Part shown: positions 19,701 to 28,751 of the stretch, piece after piece
Layout of the letters: each line of letters begins with the position of its first letter
Position numbering within the stretch: position 1 is the stretch's first letter
Origin: Promethearchaeota archaeon
Lineage (GTDB): Archaea; Asgardarchaeota; Thorarchaeia; Thorarchaeales; Thorarchaeaceae
DNA length: 64,000 nt
Assembly (NCBI GenBank): GCA_048939765.1
Contig: JBHLPF010000010.1
Span: 11,723-75,722, forward strand
Direction: 5' to 3'
Notes under the pieces: model-generated
Database searches by the model: none
Told to the model about the DNA's origin: nothing
Seen by the model: only the letters and a program-made list of their open reading frames with translations
Program-made: the position numbers and the translations under genes

Positions 19701-22700
19701 CAAGACTAATGCTATACTCATACCAGTTGAAACTGCAAACACAGTCCACGTCGCCTTGGTCCTGAGCTGCTCAGGTATTGAGACCAACATTGATTCAACT
19801 GCAATATAACCAGCAATGACAAGTGCCGCATCCAGGCTGTACAAATAGAAATGCCAAAACAGAAAGGCAAGCAAAGCACCTGTGACAATTGGATAGGCAA
19901 GAAGCACCCTATTGGCTCTGCTGATAACTGGTGTCGCAATGAGCCCAACACCAAATATGGCTAGAAATACCTTGGAAGTAGGATCAAATGGTGCCAAATA
20001 GAGACCTAGCAGCAATGCAACGCTAATTGCGAATGCCGCTGATGGAACTTGCTGCTTGAAGAAAATCATCACTGGCATCAATAATGTGAATAAAACTGAG
20101 AAGAGAGCAACTGAGCCTAGTATGCTAAGAATGGGGTCAGTTAGCTGGAGCAGAATGACCAAGTCCAGGCTGACTGCTGCACAGAGAGTAACAAGAGCCA
20201 CCGAATGGAGCCGCAGATTCTCTGACCTGCGAAGATGAAGGGCGGGTAACCAAGTGCACATACAAGTAAGGATGAAGGTAAGAGAAATTGGTATGAGTGG
20301 CACTGAATGAAATGAGAAGAGTGGTATCAAGTAGTAGACCAACAATGAAGCAATGAGGATCGAAAGGAAGGCAATAGCCGCTACAAGATGAATCGCGATG
20401 TACGCTAGGAAAACTCGAAGTGCCATCAACGCAGCAGTTCCAATAGAGAGAATTGCATTCCAATACTTCCTATAGGCGGCAGGAATTGGGATCAAGAACA
20501 AAACGCCCAGACTAAGGATGTAGTTGGCATAGAATAGATGCACCAAGAATGTAGCAGCGGGAACGGTGAGTGCGAGGTAGAAACCGTTGATGATTCGGGG
20601 TGGTGCGCCCATCAATCTCAGTGGCAGCAATCCGAATCCAAATAGTGCAAGTGCAGAGAGGGCTGACTGAAGCTCCCCATAACTCAAGATTGCTTCGAGA
20701 TATATCCATGTGCATACCAGAGTGAGCATCATGAGCCAGGTTGTCGGGATGAAGTAGACTCTGATAGGCTCAGGGAATTTGTTGTTGGTCAATGTCATCG
20801 CAAGGCAGATAGCTGATACAGATGCAAGAAAGCGAATTGCTGTATGCAGCATTTCGGTGTAGAAGAAAACAAGAACTCCTAGCCCCAACGCCGCTCCCAA
20901 TATGCAAATCTGAAAGAGATAGGAAGGGGGTTCTTCAGCCCGCCCAATTGCAGGAGCATATGCTAGGAAGAAAGCCAAAGCGATCCAACCAATAATCGGT
21001 ATTGGATTGTAACTATAGAATGGCGCAAGCCACTGCAAAGCCACGAACGCTAGTCCGACGAGCACAAATACCGCCCAAGATATGAGGATGAATTTTAGCA
21101 GGAATCGACCGATGGATATGAGCGCATGATGAATGGCTGCTCCAAGTCTGCGGACTCCTTGCACAATAGCTCTTCCGGCTCTTATGGCCGCATCTGATAT
21201 CCATCTCCCGGCTTTGCGGTATTCGATATGGAGAACAGGCCCAGGTAGGACAGCAAGTAGCAGCAGTGTCACTACGGGTAGCCGGTTCGACTGGAGGGGA
21301 TCTTCAAACATCAAGGCCAAAGAAACTGCTGCAAGTAGCCCAGGCAAATATGCTGTTCCAGTGTAGATTCGATTTACTCCAAGCTTCAATAGCGCAATCG
21401 AACCTAGGAACCAGAGCAGGGAATAGGACAATGAACCGATAACATCGATTGATATGATGTAGTAGAATTGCCAGAAGGTAACCAAGGCCAATGACCCAAG
21501 AAACATGATCAATGCTATAGATAGGAAGCGATGGCGATTTGGTAGGCTTCGAAAGATTGAGAGGCCGACAATACCCATTCCAGCAAACACAGCGGCTTGT
21601 ACACCAAGAATCGAAATCGGGTATCCTGGCAGGGGCTGTAGCATTGGATTGATGTAGCTGAATAGAAAGATGCAGAGAGTAAGATCAGCAACAATCCCGG
21701 TAATGAGCATATTGCTCAGAATCCATGCCTTGAGGTCTCTAAGATGACCTACTAAGGAAATCCAAATCCGTTTCCAAATTCTTCGTATCCATCTGAAGAG
21801 ACCTGTCATTCCTGCGACAAATAAGACAAACGATGTTGTGAATGAAACGAGCAGCGGCCAGAGATAATATTGGGTCCAGAGATAGCCACTAGCAGATGCA
21901 AAGAGTACTATAGCCACTCCGATAGCTCTTACAATTATGTATTCCGAATCCCTTGTCAGCCGCTGGCCCAACCTGAAAAGAACTGGAGATGGAGCAAGAA
22001 TGAGTAATCCGATGATGAGCGCAATTGGGCCTATTAGTTGAATTTCCGTTCCCCATATGGTCGACTCGGCTAGCCAGAGGAAGATAGATGGAATACCTGA
22101 AGCCGCAAGAATGAGTGAAATCCCTGACAGGGTGTTGGCATCTTCTGGAACAATTATCCATTCTTCAGGAATTGGTACACTCTCTTCATCCTCCTCAAGC
22201 GCGGCGCTCAGTCCTACTTCTACAAGAATAGAGTCGCGGCCCTTCTTCTTCTGTGATTTGCGCACCCATCTTGTGCCCGCCCATGATTGCAGGCGCTTGG
22301 CGCATTGGGAGGCAAAGAATAGCGCCGCGCCGAGGACCACCAGAAATCCAGACACCAATAGCACGGGTGATAGAATAGAGGAGTTGATCATGTAGTCAAC
22401 TATCAATACAGATGGAGCTAGTGAAATGATGATAACATTAGGTACACCCAATCGAGCATATTTCTGTAGATATTGAAGGGCAATTATATAGACGGAAAGA
22501 GCCCCAATGAAGCCTGCTAGGATGAAGAATATAGCAGAAGTGGTTTCCGATAGCCAAAGTGCAATTGCAAGTGGGCCCGTCAACAAGATAGGTGGACCCA
22601 AGGCCCACCCGACTCTATGAAAGGTTTCATCCGAGATTCCTTCCCTGTTTCGCAGGCTATTCAAAATCCCAATCGATGCCAATAGAAATCCATGAAGGCT

Positions 22701-23006
22701 CAGAATAGATGTTTGCAATGATGCCAATAATAGAGCTAGCGTGAGAGCAATGATTCCTGCACTCAGAAAAAGGAGTATTGTACCGGGAAATAGCCTTCTT
22801 CTCCATACTAGGATTAGACCTGCGAGTGCAAGGCTAACAGATGTTGCGACCAGCATCTGAACCAGGCTGTCCCTGACAAATGGCTGAATGAGAAAATAGG
22901 AAGCTAGCCAAACTGCTGCTGATACGATAAGGAGTACTACAATGAAGGCAAAGAGCTGAATCCTATCTGCCCAAAGACTCGCTCTTTCGAATCCTTTTTC
23001 CTGCAT
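16746..23006 (-). CDS. giant (2,086 aa) polytopic integral membrane protein, unknown family
   Basis: This is a single uninterrupted 6.26-kb ORF. Hydrophobic helix-length segments run essentially end to end. The only long hydrophilic loop is at about aa 233-290. Confidence 0.85.
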   Translation of the reverse strand: MQEKGFERASLWADRIQLFAFIVVLLIVSAAVWLASYFLIQPFVRDSLVQMLVATSVSLALAGLILVWRRRLFPGTILLFLSAGIIALTLALLLASLQTSILSLHGFLLASIGILNSLRNREGISDETFHRVGWALGPPILLTGPLAIALWLSETTSAIFFILAGFIGALSVYIIALQYLQKYARLGVPNVIIISLAPSVLIVDYMINSSILSPVLLVSGFLVVLGAALFFASQCAKRLQSWAGTRWVRKSQKKKGRDSILVEVGLSAALEEDEESVPIPEEWIIVPEDANTLSGISLILAASGIPSIFLWLAESTIWGTEIQLIGPIALIIGLLILAPSPVLFRLGQRLTRDSEYIIVRAIGVAIVLFASASGYLWTQYYLWPLLVSFTTSFVLFVAGMTGLFRWIRRIWKRIWISLVGHLRDLKAWILSNMLITGIVADLTLCIFLFSYINPMLQPLPGYPISILGVQAAVFAGMGIVGLSIFRSLPNRHRFLSIALIMFLGSLALVTFWQFYYIISIDVIGSLSYSLLWFLGSIALLKLGVNRIYTGTAYLPGLLAAVSLALMFEDPLQSNRLPVVTLLLLAVLPGPVLHIEYRKAGRWISDAAIRAGRAIVQGVRRLGAAIHHALISIGRFLLKFILISWAVFVLVGLAFVALQWLAPFYSYNPIPIIGWIALAFFLAYAPAIGRAEEPPSYLFQICILGAALGLGVLVFFYTEMLHTAIRFLASVSAICLAMTLTNNKFPEPIRVYFIPTTWLMMLTLVCTWIYLEAILSYGELQSALSALALFGFGLLPLRLMGAPPRIINGFYLALTVPAATFLVHLFYANYILSLGVLFLIPIPAAYRKYWNAILSIGTAALMALRVFLAYIAIHLVAAIAFLSILIASLLVYYLIPLFSFHSVPLIPISLTFILTCMCTWLPALHLRRSENLRLHSVALVTLCAAVSLDLVILLQLTDPILSILGSVALFSVLFTLLMPVMIFFKQQVPSAAFAISVALLLGLYLAPFDPTSKVFLAIFGVGLIATPVISRANRVLLAYPIVTGALLAFLFWHFYLYSLDAALVIAGYIAVESMLVSIPEQLRTKATWTVFAVSTGMSIALVLSPFMTINLVLAALVALEILRFTPHLSIGEKTGIFLGITRAALVGASVYLLVISWIPTPSPLREPLMELGLSSLSATIILALSMRNFISAEILVGLQSVAVFNLCFLIFSYLWEIMLVDGLYSAYIAGIPLLAFTAVLSKGETFKRASWMVSCLVTTAMVSFSWYTYYRSMESLWLCVTTAVFLLSSLRLTDPKGHEDNAGVTNIAVATLIAMLEVIWVWHSLLVFLFDTNVILAGVGLLLTPVILLPLRGAIPWDVFRILWSVVSVSISISLGSFISGWDLYGLAPPAEPYLAAGIILSLFSVLSTPAYLLIEGKLKINEDHLTARYSWSPSIAGWAALGAQMGANLLGEIRFILTVAGLGLALALLILYLITPARPRTLFMGDIIILASAVAGGVWIWAEPILGTAELIALFLLVWYILSLPLTLAATITFLGWLATKGKQLAAAFSRFLSWAEEIYRSNRAKFATILPVLIAGLVSLWVYDPLDTSAILGLPYRNLAFSITVGLVLVGLLYWFEAAALEPPIGEELQSPSAILIGFGVNNLILLMSMTAESYDLLELLFSLSLATSLALVATLAQVSSFSQKVWMRRNAGILGISLFVAALTGFTSIGGLQPIHALVYATLILLVVEAPVFWTQVRAFLAILGRYGAILVKAIRNLGSFLLRIFRSFGYVAWAFFALLFVAVIGVLSRPLFSELLNMPPTGLFYEIPGFSIPTAIIGLMMLFIAIVRRRVRTRFGLFSGLYAAFGGGITAIVFLFDHGYQVLSFFSAIIAVCGTGLMLKGELQLDPRRIALLWLPIPPSISASLFYYMLPSSSTLDSLLLAMLLSFTPTFMLYLLSTTVNWVPKTQRELLWSLLAIMTGVIAYLSSYILIIPPFDQVAGIYLGVFVASIIFYPVTARSARQLFLSPLFFALTGFAYTFVLGPVYQSLLLATAAFLLFVSRYIKEREAMNPRLVYLRLIVLIALVASIAAFGITTGLEWVSVG

Positions 23007-23212
23007 CTACATCCCCGAATACCATCGCGAATCCACAGAAAATTGGCGTCTTCTAAGGCAGAAGTAATCCTGTGGTGGCATGTAATATTGGGGTATTTCC
23101 ATTAATAAATTCGCTTTGTTTGATTGAAACGCTTCAAGCAATCCTTTTATCGACAATTTCGATGGATAGAGCATTTGGCTTGTTCATGATAATGCCATCT
23201 GAGGGGTGAAGC

Positions 23213-23749
23213 ATGCCAGAGAAAGTAGAATGCCGCTATTGCGGCGCTATAAATGACTTAGGCGAGCCAGAGTGTGCTAATTGCGGAGCGAACCTTTCCG
23301 ATGCAATCACACATGTTGCATGCGACAGATGTGGAATCCTCCTTAGAGAAGGGACGGATCCGGTAGGACATTGTATCGTGTGCCAGACACCCGTTTTTCT
23401 TTGTGATAGACACAAGAAGAGAGTGGAGGATGATGAAGTCTATTGCAGAGAACATGAAACTGAGTGCTTCATCGCTACAGCTGTCTTTGGGACTCCACTC
23501 CATCCAGAAATTGACCTCCTAAGGAGATTCAGAGACGAATGGCTTTCAAGCAGGCTAATAGGCCGCATCGCAATTCGGACCTACTATGATGTATCTCCCC
23601 CCATTGCTCGATGCGCCAGGCGAAATGAACGAAGGAGGAGGATTCTTCAGCGATTGATAGTGGAACCAGGCCTCAAGCTTGCGCGGACGGTTTTGGGAAG
23701 AGAGTCACATCCTCTGCCCTTGGAAAAGGGCAACTCAAAACGGAGATAG
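23213..23749 (+). CDS. multi-zinc-ribbon protein with a C-terminal CFIATA...LRxFRD module
   Basis: CxxC pairs are present: CRYCG..CANCG, CDRCG..CIVCQ and CDRH..CREH. These are followed by [28 protein letters not shown]...[16 protein letters not shown] lies upstream of the ATG. Confidence 0.7.
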   Translation: MPEKVECRYCGAINDLGEPECANCGANLSDAITHVACDRCGILLREGTDPVGHCIVCQTPVFLCDRHKKRVEDDEVYCREHETECFIATAVFGTPLHPEIDLLRRFRDEWLSSRLIGRIAIRTYYDVSPPIARCARRNERRRRILQRLIVEPGLKLARTVLGRESHPLPLEKGNSKRR

Positions 23750-23818
23750 GCGCACGAAATCGATTAATAGCCAAATATCTCCCTAGAATTGGATGCGGTG
23801 AGTGACGACCTGCCAATA

Positions 23819-26566
23819 ATGAAGGAATTCCCTCCAGAAACCAAATTCCGTTATACTTGGAGGCCATATCAAGCACGTGTCCTAGGTGAGCTTGAAGAGT
23901 ACCTAGATGACAACCGACTTCACGTCGTTGCGGCTCCCGGGTCTGGAAAAACGCTCCTTGGGCTAGAAGTCATGAGAAGGCTAAACCAGCCGTCGATTAT
24001 CCTCGCTCCTACATTAGCAATACGTGACCAATGGATTTCGAGGCTTGTGGATTTCTTCCTTCCTGAGGGAAATGAAACCCCACATTGGATTTCAACAAAT
24101 ATCTACAATCCAAGATTTCTGACGGTGTCAACATACCAAGGTCTCTACAGCGCTTGCTCCGGAGCCTTAGACGAAGATTATCTCTACGATGAGGAAATCG
24201 AATCTGAGGATGAAGATTCATACAATAATGATGACCTGGACAATGGAAAACAAGAACTCCATGAGGACAACATGATCAGGCAATTACAGGAGCTATCTGC
24301 CAAGACCATTGTCTTGGACGAAGCTCACCATCTCCGATCAAATTGGTGGCGTTGCCTGACGAGAGTTGTTCACGGACTGAAGGAAAGCACCGTTCTGGCC
24401 CTGACAGCAACCCCGCCCTATGACGTTTCGATGTTTGAGTGGGAGCGATACATGGAACTATGCGGCCCGGTAGATGCGGAGGTATCTGTCCCTGAGCTTG
24501 TGCAGGAAGGGAATCTTTGCCCTCACCAAGATCTCGTTCTCTTCACGTATCCTAGTCTCATTGAAGGAAACAAACTCAAAGAGTTCAAGCAAGCGGTAGA
24601 TGAGTTTGTCAAGGACCTCGAGTCCGATGATGATTTCCTAGAAGAGGTCAAAAACCACGCTTGGCTCAAGGATCCCGAAACCTATGTTATTGAGATCCTA
24701 GATGACCCATCATTCTTTTCAAGCATGCTTGTCTACCTGAGACATCGCAAGGTGGTCCTCCCAAAGCAAGCCATCGAACTCATCGCTGGTGAACAGTTTG
24801 GAATTCCCTGGTTCAACAAGGAATGGTTGGAAACTCTGCTTGAAGGGATGCTGTTTCCCCCTGATATAGATCCTAAGGACTTGTCTCCAGTCCTGAAGCG
24901 AATAAGGGATAGACTCTATCGAATTGATGCTCTTGAGCGCAGAGATGTGAATCTGCTCAGCACTAAGAAACTGGACGCCGTTCTCAAAAGAAGCATTACA
25001 AAGCTATACGCAATTCAAGCAATTGTATCCATGGAACTCAAGGCTCTTGGTGAAGACCTTCGGATGGTCATCCTAACCGATTACATTAGGAAGGCCTATC
25101 TCCCCAAAAGTGAGCATGACCTTCCGGAATTGGACAGAATCGGTGTAGTGCCGATCTTTGAGGAGATTAGACGATCGAATCTTGAAGGCATAAGACTTGG
25201 AGTTCTTAGTGGGTCATTGATAATTGCTCCTACTGAGTCAACTGAACTCCTGCTTGAATGTGCTGATGAATGTGAAATCCTTCGTGACTCAGTTTCAGTC
25301 AAACCCATTGCTGATCCTGATTATTCAATAGTGACTGTCAAGGGCATTGACCGACAAAAGGCAGTGCAGCTCATAACAGAGCTATTCTCTAAGGGCGGAG
25401 TAAATGTCTTGGTAGGTACGAAGTCACTCCTTGGAGAAGGATGGGATGCCCCATCCATAAACTCACTTGTTCTGGCCAGTTTTGTGGGATCATATATGTT
25501 GTCCAACCAAATGCGAGGACGCGCTATCAGAACTGATCCCAAAAAGCCGGATAAGACGTCCAATATCTGGCACCTGGTCTGTGTGAATCTCGACTCTGAG
25601 AGCGCAGGAAATGACTACCACATTATGGAAAGACGGTTCAAAGCGTTTCTAGGGATATCATTTGTTGAATCTGTGATAGAGAATGGGTTCGGTCGCCTTA
25701 GTGTTGGAAATCCTCCTTTTGATAAAGACGAGATACGGGCGATCAACACATCAATGACAGCAAGGGCTCAGGATAGAACAGCTCTACGGTCAGCATGGGA
25801 AACCTCGCTGAAACGAGGTGAAGAGGGAGTTAGGCTCGTTGAGGAAGTGAAGGCCAAGAAGGCAAGGCTTCCAGTTCCCAGAGGCTTTGTATTCAGAAAT
25901 ACCATCTCAGCACTCACCTGGGAGACTATGCTTATACTCGGATTCTTTGTTGCTCGGCAGCTATTTTCATGGGTCGTTCCGATTGGCAACCTTGGTTTGT
26001 CATTTCTATCATTTCTGCCAATGCTTGGATTTCTCTTCTTCATCCTCAGGTTTGCCCCAAAAGCCCTGAAGGCAGTCTGGCTCTTTATCATGCACGGTCC
26101 AATCAAGTCTAGTCTTGCCCAGGTCGGGAAAGCTGTACTAGCGACTCTCTGCGACGTGGGAGTAATCAGAACTCCCTTAAGCAATATGAGCGTTGTAGTG
26201 GAAGAAGGGAAGAAGGGTGAGGTATTCTGCCATGTGGTAGGTGGCACAAGAAGAGAAAGAGCAACGTATCTAAGTTCGCTCAGGGAAGTGTTGGAACCAA
26301 TTGAATCACCCAGATACCTACTTCTGAGAAAATCGATGCTAGGGAAATCGTTTGTGAGACAGGATTATCATGCGGTCCCAACGGTGCTAGGAATCAAGAA
26401 GGAATACGCTGAGCGATTTGCGGCACAATGGAAAGAATACGTTGGCGAAATGGATTTGATATACACGCGCAACAGAGAAGGGCGCATTGCGCTCCTCCAA
26501 GCTAGAAACCATTCACTATCTGCCGGTTTTCGTTCCCATTCCGAAAGAATAAGCCGCTGGAAATAG
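23819..26566 (+). CDS. SF2 DEAH-box helicase (type III restriction Res-like core) with C-terminal hydrophobic hairpin region
   Basis: The core motifs are RPYQ, motif I AAPGSGKT, motif II VLDEAHHL, motif III LTATP, GEGWDAP, and motif VI QMRGRAIR. A hydrophobic block spans about nt 25900-26095. I preferred the ATG at 23819 over the TTG at 23789. Confidence 0.85.
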   Translation: MKEFPPETKFRYTWRPYQARVLGELEEYLDDNRLHVVAAPGSGKTLLGLEVMRRLNQPSIILAPTLAIRDQWISRLVDFFLPEGNETPHWISTNIYNPRFLTVSTYQGLYSACSGALDEDYLYDEEIESEDEDSYNNDDLDNGKQELHEDNMIRQLQELSAKTIVLDEAHHLRSNWWRCLTRVVHGLKESTVLALTATPPYDVSMFEWERYMELCGPVDAEVSVPELVQEGNLCPHQDLVLFTYPSLIEGNKLKEFKQAVDEFVKDLESDDDFLEEVKNHAWLKDPETYVIEILDDPSFFSSMLVYLRHRKVVLPKQAIELIAGEQFGIPWFNKEWLETLLEGMLFPPDIDPKDLSPVLKRIRDRLYRIDALERRDVNLLSTKKLDAVLKRSITKLYAIQAIVSMELKALGEDLRMVILTDYIRKAYLPKSEHDLPELDRIGVVPIFEEIRRSNLEGIRLGVLSGSLIIAPTESTELLLECADECEILRDSVSVKPIADPDYSIVTVKGIDRQKAVQLITELFSKGGVNVLVGTKSLLGEGWDAPSINSLVLASFVGSYMLSNQMRGRAIRTDPKKPDKTSNIWHLVCVNLDSESAGNDYHIMERRFKAFLGISFVESVIENGFGRLSVGNPPFDKDEIRAINTSMTARAQDRTALRSAWETSLKRGEEGVRLVEEVKAKKARLPVPRGFVFRNTISALTWETMLILGFFVARQLFSWVVPIGNLGLSFLSFLPMLGFLFFILRFAPKALKAVWLFIMHGPIKSSLAQVGKAVLATLCDVGVIRTPLSNMSVVVEEGKKGEVFCHVVGGTRRERATYLSSLREVLEPIESPRYLLLRKSMLGKSFVRQDYHAVPTVLGIKKEYAERFAAQWKEYVGEMDLIYTRNREGRIALLQARNHSLSAGFRSHSERISRWK

Positions 26567-26688
26567 AATAGACGCCATCTCTATCAGCAGTGAGCCCATT
26601 TTGACTAAATGAAACCTCCAGAACTGCAACTCATAATCTGAGCAACGCTACCGATAGCATCATAGGAGCCTTTGATGCCCCCACAGCC

Positions 26689-27591
26689 ATGCAACTCACA
26701 CCCGATGTCATTCTTGGAACCGTTATTGGCTTCCTTGCGGCATTCATGTGGGCTGTTTCTGTTGTTGTGTATCGGTCACAGAGTGATGAGATTAGGCCTT
26801 TGGCTATTGGGTCTGTCAAAATGTGGGTGGCACTCGGATTCATGATCTTGCTTGTCACAATTCCATGGCGTCCAAATGTATTCACAGTTCCATTCGAGTC
26901 AATTATCTATTTGGCTCTCTCAACATCATTAGGGGCAGTGATAGGTGATACAATCCTGTTCATGAGCCAGGAAAGAATCGGAGTTTCTTACTCATTTCCT
27001 ATTGCGATGTCGTTCCCGGTTCTTACCTACATTCTAGCAATTCTGATCCTTGGGGATGAAGTTTCAGCCTTCCGATTCTTTGGCACCATAATCGCAGTTC
27101 TGGGAATCATTCTAATATCTCGTGAACAAAACAGGGGGCAGGAAGACGAGGGGGACTCGCAATTTGACCTCTTAGGAATTGGAATGGCCCTCTTCACAAT
27201 GGTCTGCTATGCAGTTGGAACCGTTTTTCTTGAAATGGGAGTAACTGGGGTTGATCCCATTGATGCCAATTTCGTTAGAGTTGTCATTGGGTCTATTGAA
27301 TTCGTTCCCATCTATATCATAGCAAGCCAAATGGGGATGCCAAGGCCAACAAGACGTGCCACAGAAATTGTTGCAGTCGCTGGTTTCTTCGGTATGGCAT
27401 TAGGCTCTGTGCTCTATGTCATGATGGTGAAACACATCGGTGCAGCTATGGGATCGGTCATAGGTTCAACCTCTCCGCTATTCGCTGTTCCAATATCGAT
27501 GGTCTTTCTGAAAGAGCACCCGACTAGATTGGCAATTGTTGGCATTCTAATTGCGATTTTGGGTGTCGTCCTAGTAGTTGGAAGCATCTAG
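26689..27591 (+). CDS. DMT-superfamily (EamA) transporter
   Basis: The 300-aa protein has about 10 TM helices arranged as two EamA-like halves. Confidence 0.8.
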   Translation: MQLTPDVILGTVIGFLAAFMWAVSVVVYRSQSDEIRPLAIGSVKMWVALGFMILLVTIPWRPNVFTVPFESIIYLALSTSLGAVIGDTILFMSQERIGVSYSFPIAMSFPVLTYILAILILGDEVSAFRFFGTIIAVLGIILISREQNRGQEDEGDSQFDLLGIGMALFTMVCYAVGTVFLEMGVTGVDPIDANFVRVVIGSIEFVPIYIIASQMGMPRPTRRATEIVAVAGFFGMALGSVLYVMMVKHIGAAMGSVIGSTSPLFAVPISMVFLKEHPTRLAIVGILIAILGVVLVVGSI

Positions 27592-27599
27592 GAACTCTA

Positions 27600-28535
27600 C
27601 TACGGTGCGGTCCCTAGGGTGACGTAGACTTCAAAGATGTCATTTCGTCTTTGAAACCTAATACGCACCTTATCGCCTGTGCGCTTCACAAGAACCTTCT
27701 TCCGAAGATCCTCCATCCCCGTGATGTTTTCGTCATCGATAGCCTGAATGATATCGCCCGCTTTCAACCCGGCATGTGAAGACGGCCCGCGGGGCACTTG
27801 AACTAGTAAAGCCCCCTTGTCTGTAGGCAATCTATAATGCGACGCTACACCCGGAGTAAGAGTGACACCCATTACTCCCAGCCATGGACTTCTGATAGTT
27901 CCAGTCTCTACAAGCTCATCAAATGCACGTTTCACCCAGTCAACACCTATGGCAAAGCCAATCCCCTGACTCCACGGAATCATCGCAGTAGGTACTCCAA
28001 TGAGTTTCCCTTCGGTATTCACCAAAGCCCCGCCAGAGTTGCCAGGATTAATCTGAGCAGATGTTTGGATGAGTCCCTCAAGGAAGGTACCGCCTCCTTG
28101 GATCGTTCTCTCAACAGCACTAACCATCCCGAAAGTGACTGAGCTTCCTAGTCCAAGAGGATTTCCGATTGCCACTGCAATCTGTCCTACCTGCAGGCTA
28201 CTTGACTCTCCCAACTCGATTGCTGTCAGACCCTCAACTTCGATTTTCAAGACTGCGAGGTCTCTTACTTTTGATTCACCAACTAATACGGCCTTGAAAG
28301 CGCGTCCGTCATTCAATGTCACTTCAACATCTCGGACACTTTCCACAACATGTGCATTGGTGACAATGAATCCATCGTCTGTCAAAATCACGCCAGACCC
28401 CTGTCCCTGAACAGGAACTGCCCTGGAGAGTTGGTCTCTCGCCATTCTTGTCGTTGTGACGCTCACAACGCTGGGTATGACTTTCTCCACAACTGCGATT
28501 AGTTTCTTCTCTAACTCCGCAGACATTATCTCCAC
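27600..28535 (-). CDS. HtrA/DegP-type S1C serine protease with PDZ domain
   Basis: The catalytic triad contexts are TNAHVV, DLAVLKI and GNSGGALV. A PDZ-like C-terminus (GLKAGDIIQAIDDENI) follows. Confidence 0.9.
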   Translation of the reverse strand: MEIMSAELEKKLIAVVEKVIPSVVSVTTTRMARDQLSRAVPVQGQGSGVILTDDGFIVTNAHVVESVRDVEVTLNDGRAFKAVLVGESKVRDLAVLKIEVEGLTAIELGESSSLQVGQIAVAIGNPLGLGSSVTFGMVSAVERTIQGGGTFLEGLIQTSAQINPGNSGGALVNTEGKLIGVPTAMIPWSQGIGFAIGVDWVKRAFDELVETGTIRSPWLGVMGVTLTPGVASHYRLPTDKGALLVQVPRGPSSHAGLKAGDIIQAIDDENITGMEDLRKKVLVKRTGDKVRIRFQRRNDIFEVYVTLGTAP

Positions 28536-28751
28536 TGAAAGTTCGCTATTGTTTTCTGCTTATTAGATTGAGCATTCGGTACTTCAAAAATAGCTAGGCC
28601 GCATCACCATTCCTAGGAGCAGGTCATGGGAACCAAAGTCTAGATTCTGCCCTTGCTCGATATCACCTGCGTATTATCGCTCATATGTTTGGATAGCCAA
28701 GATATCCTTTTCAAAAGATAGCGGACTGATTAATCTCTCGAGTTGTGTTGG

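Noticed and set aside
17415-22395. Numerous 60-140-aa ORFs on both strands lie within the giant membrane gene.
   Set aside because: All are nested in or antisense to the single long open frame. Their Arg/Ser/Cys-rich translations are characteristic of out-of-frame reads of a Leu/Ile/Ala-rich gene.
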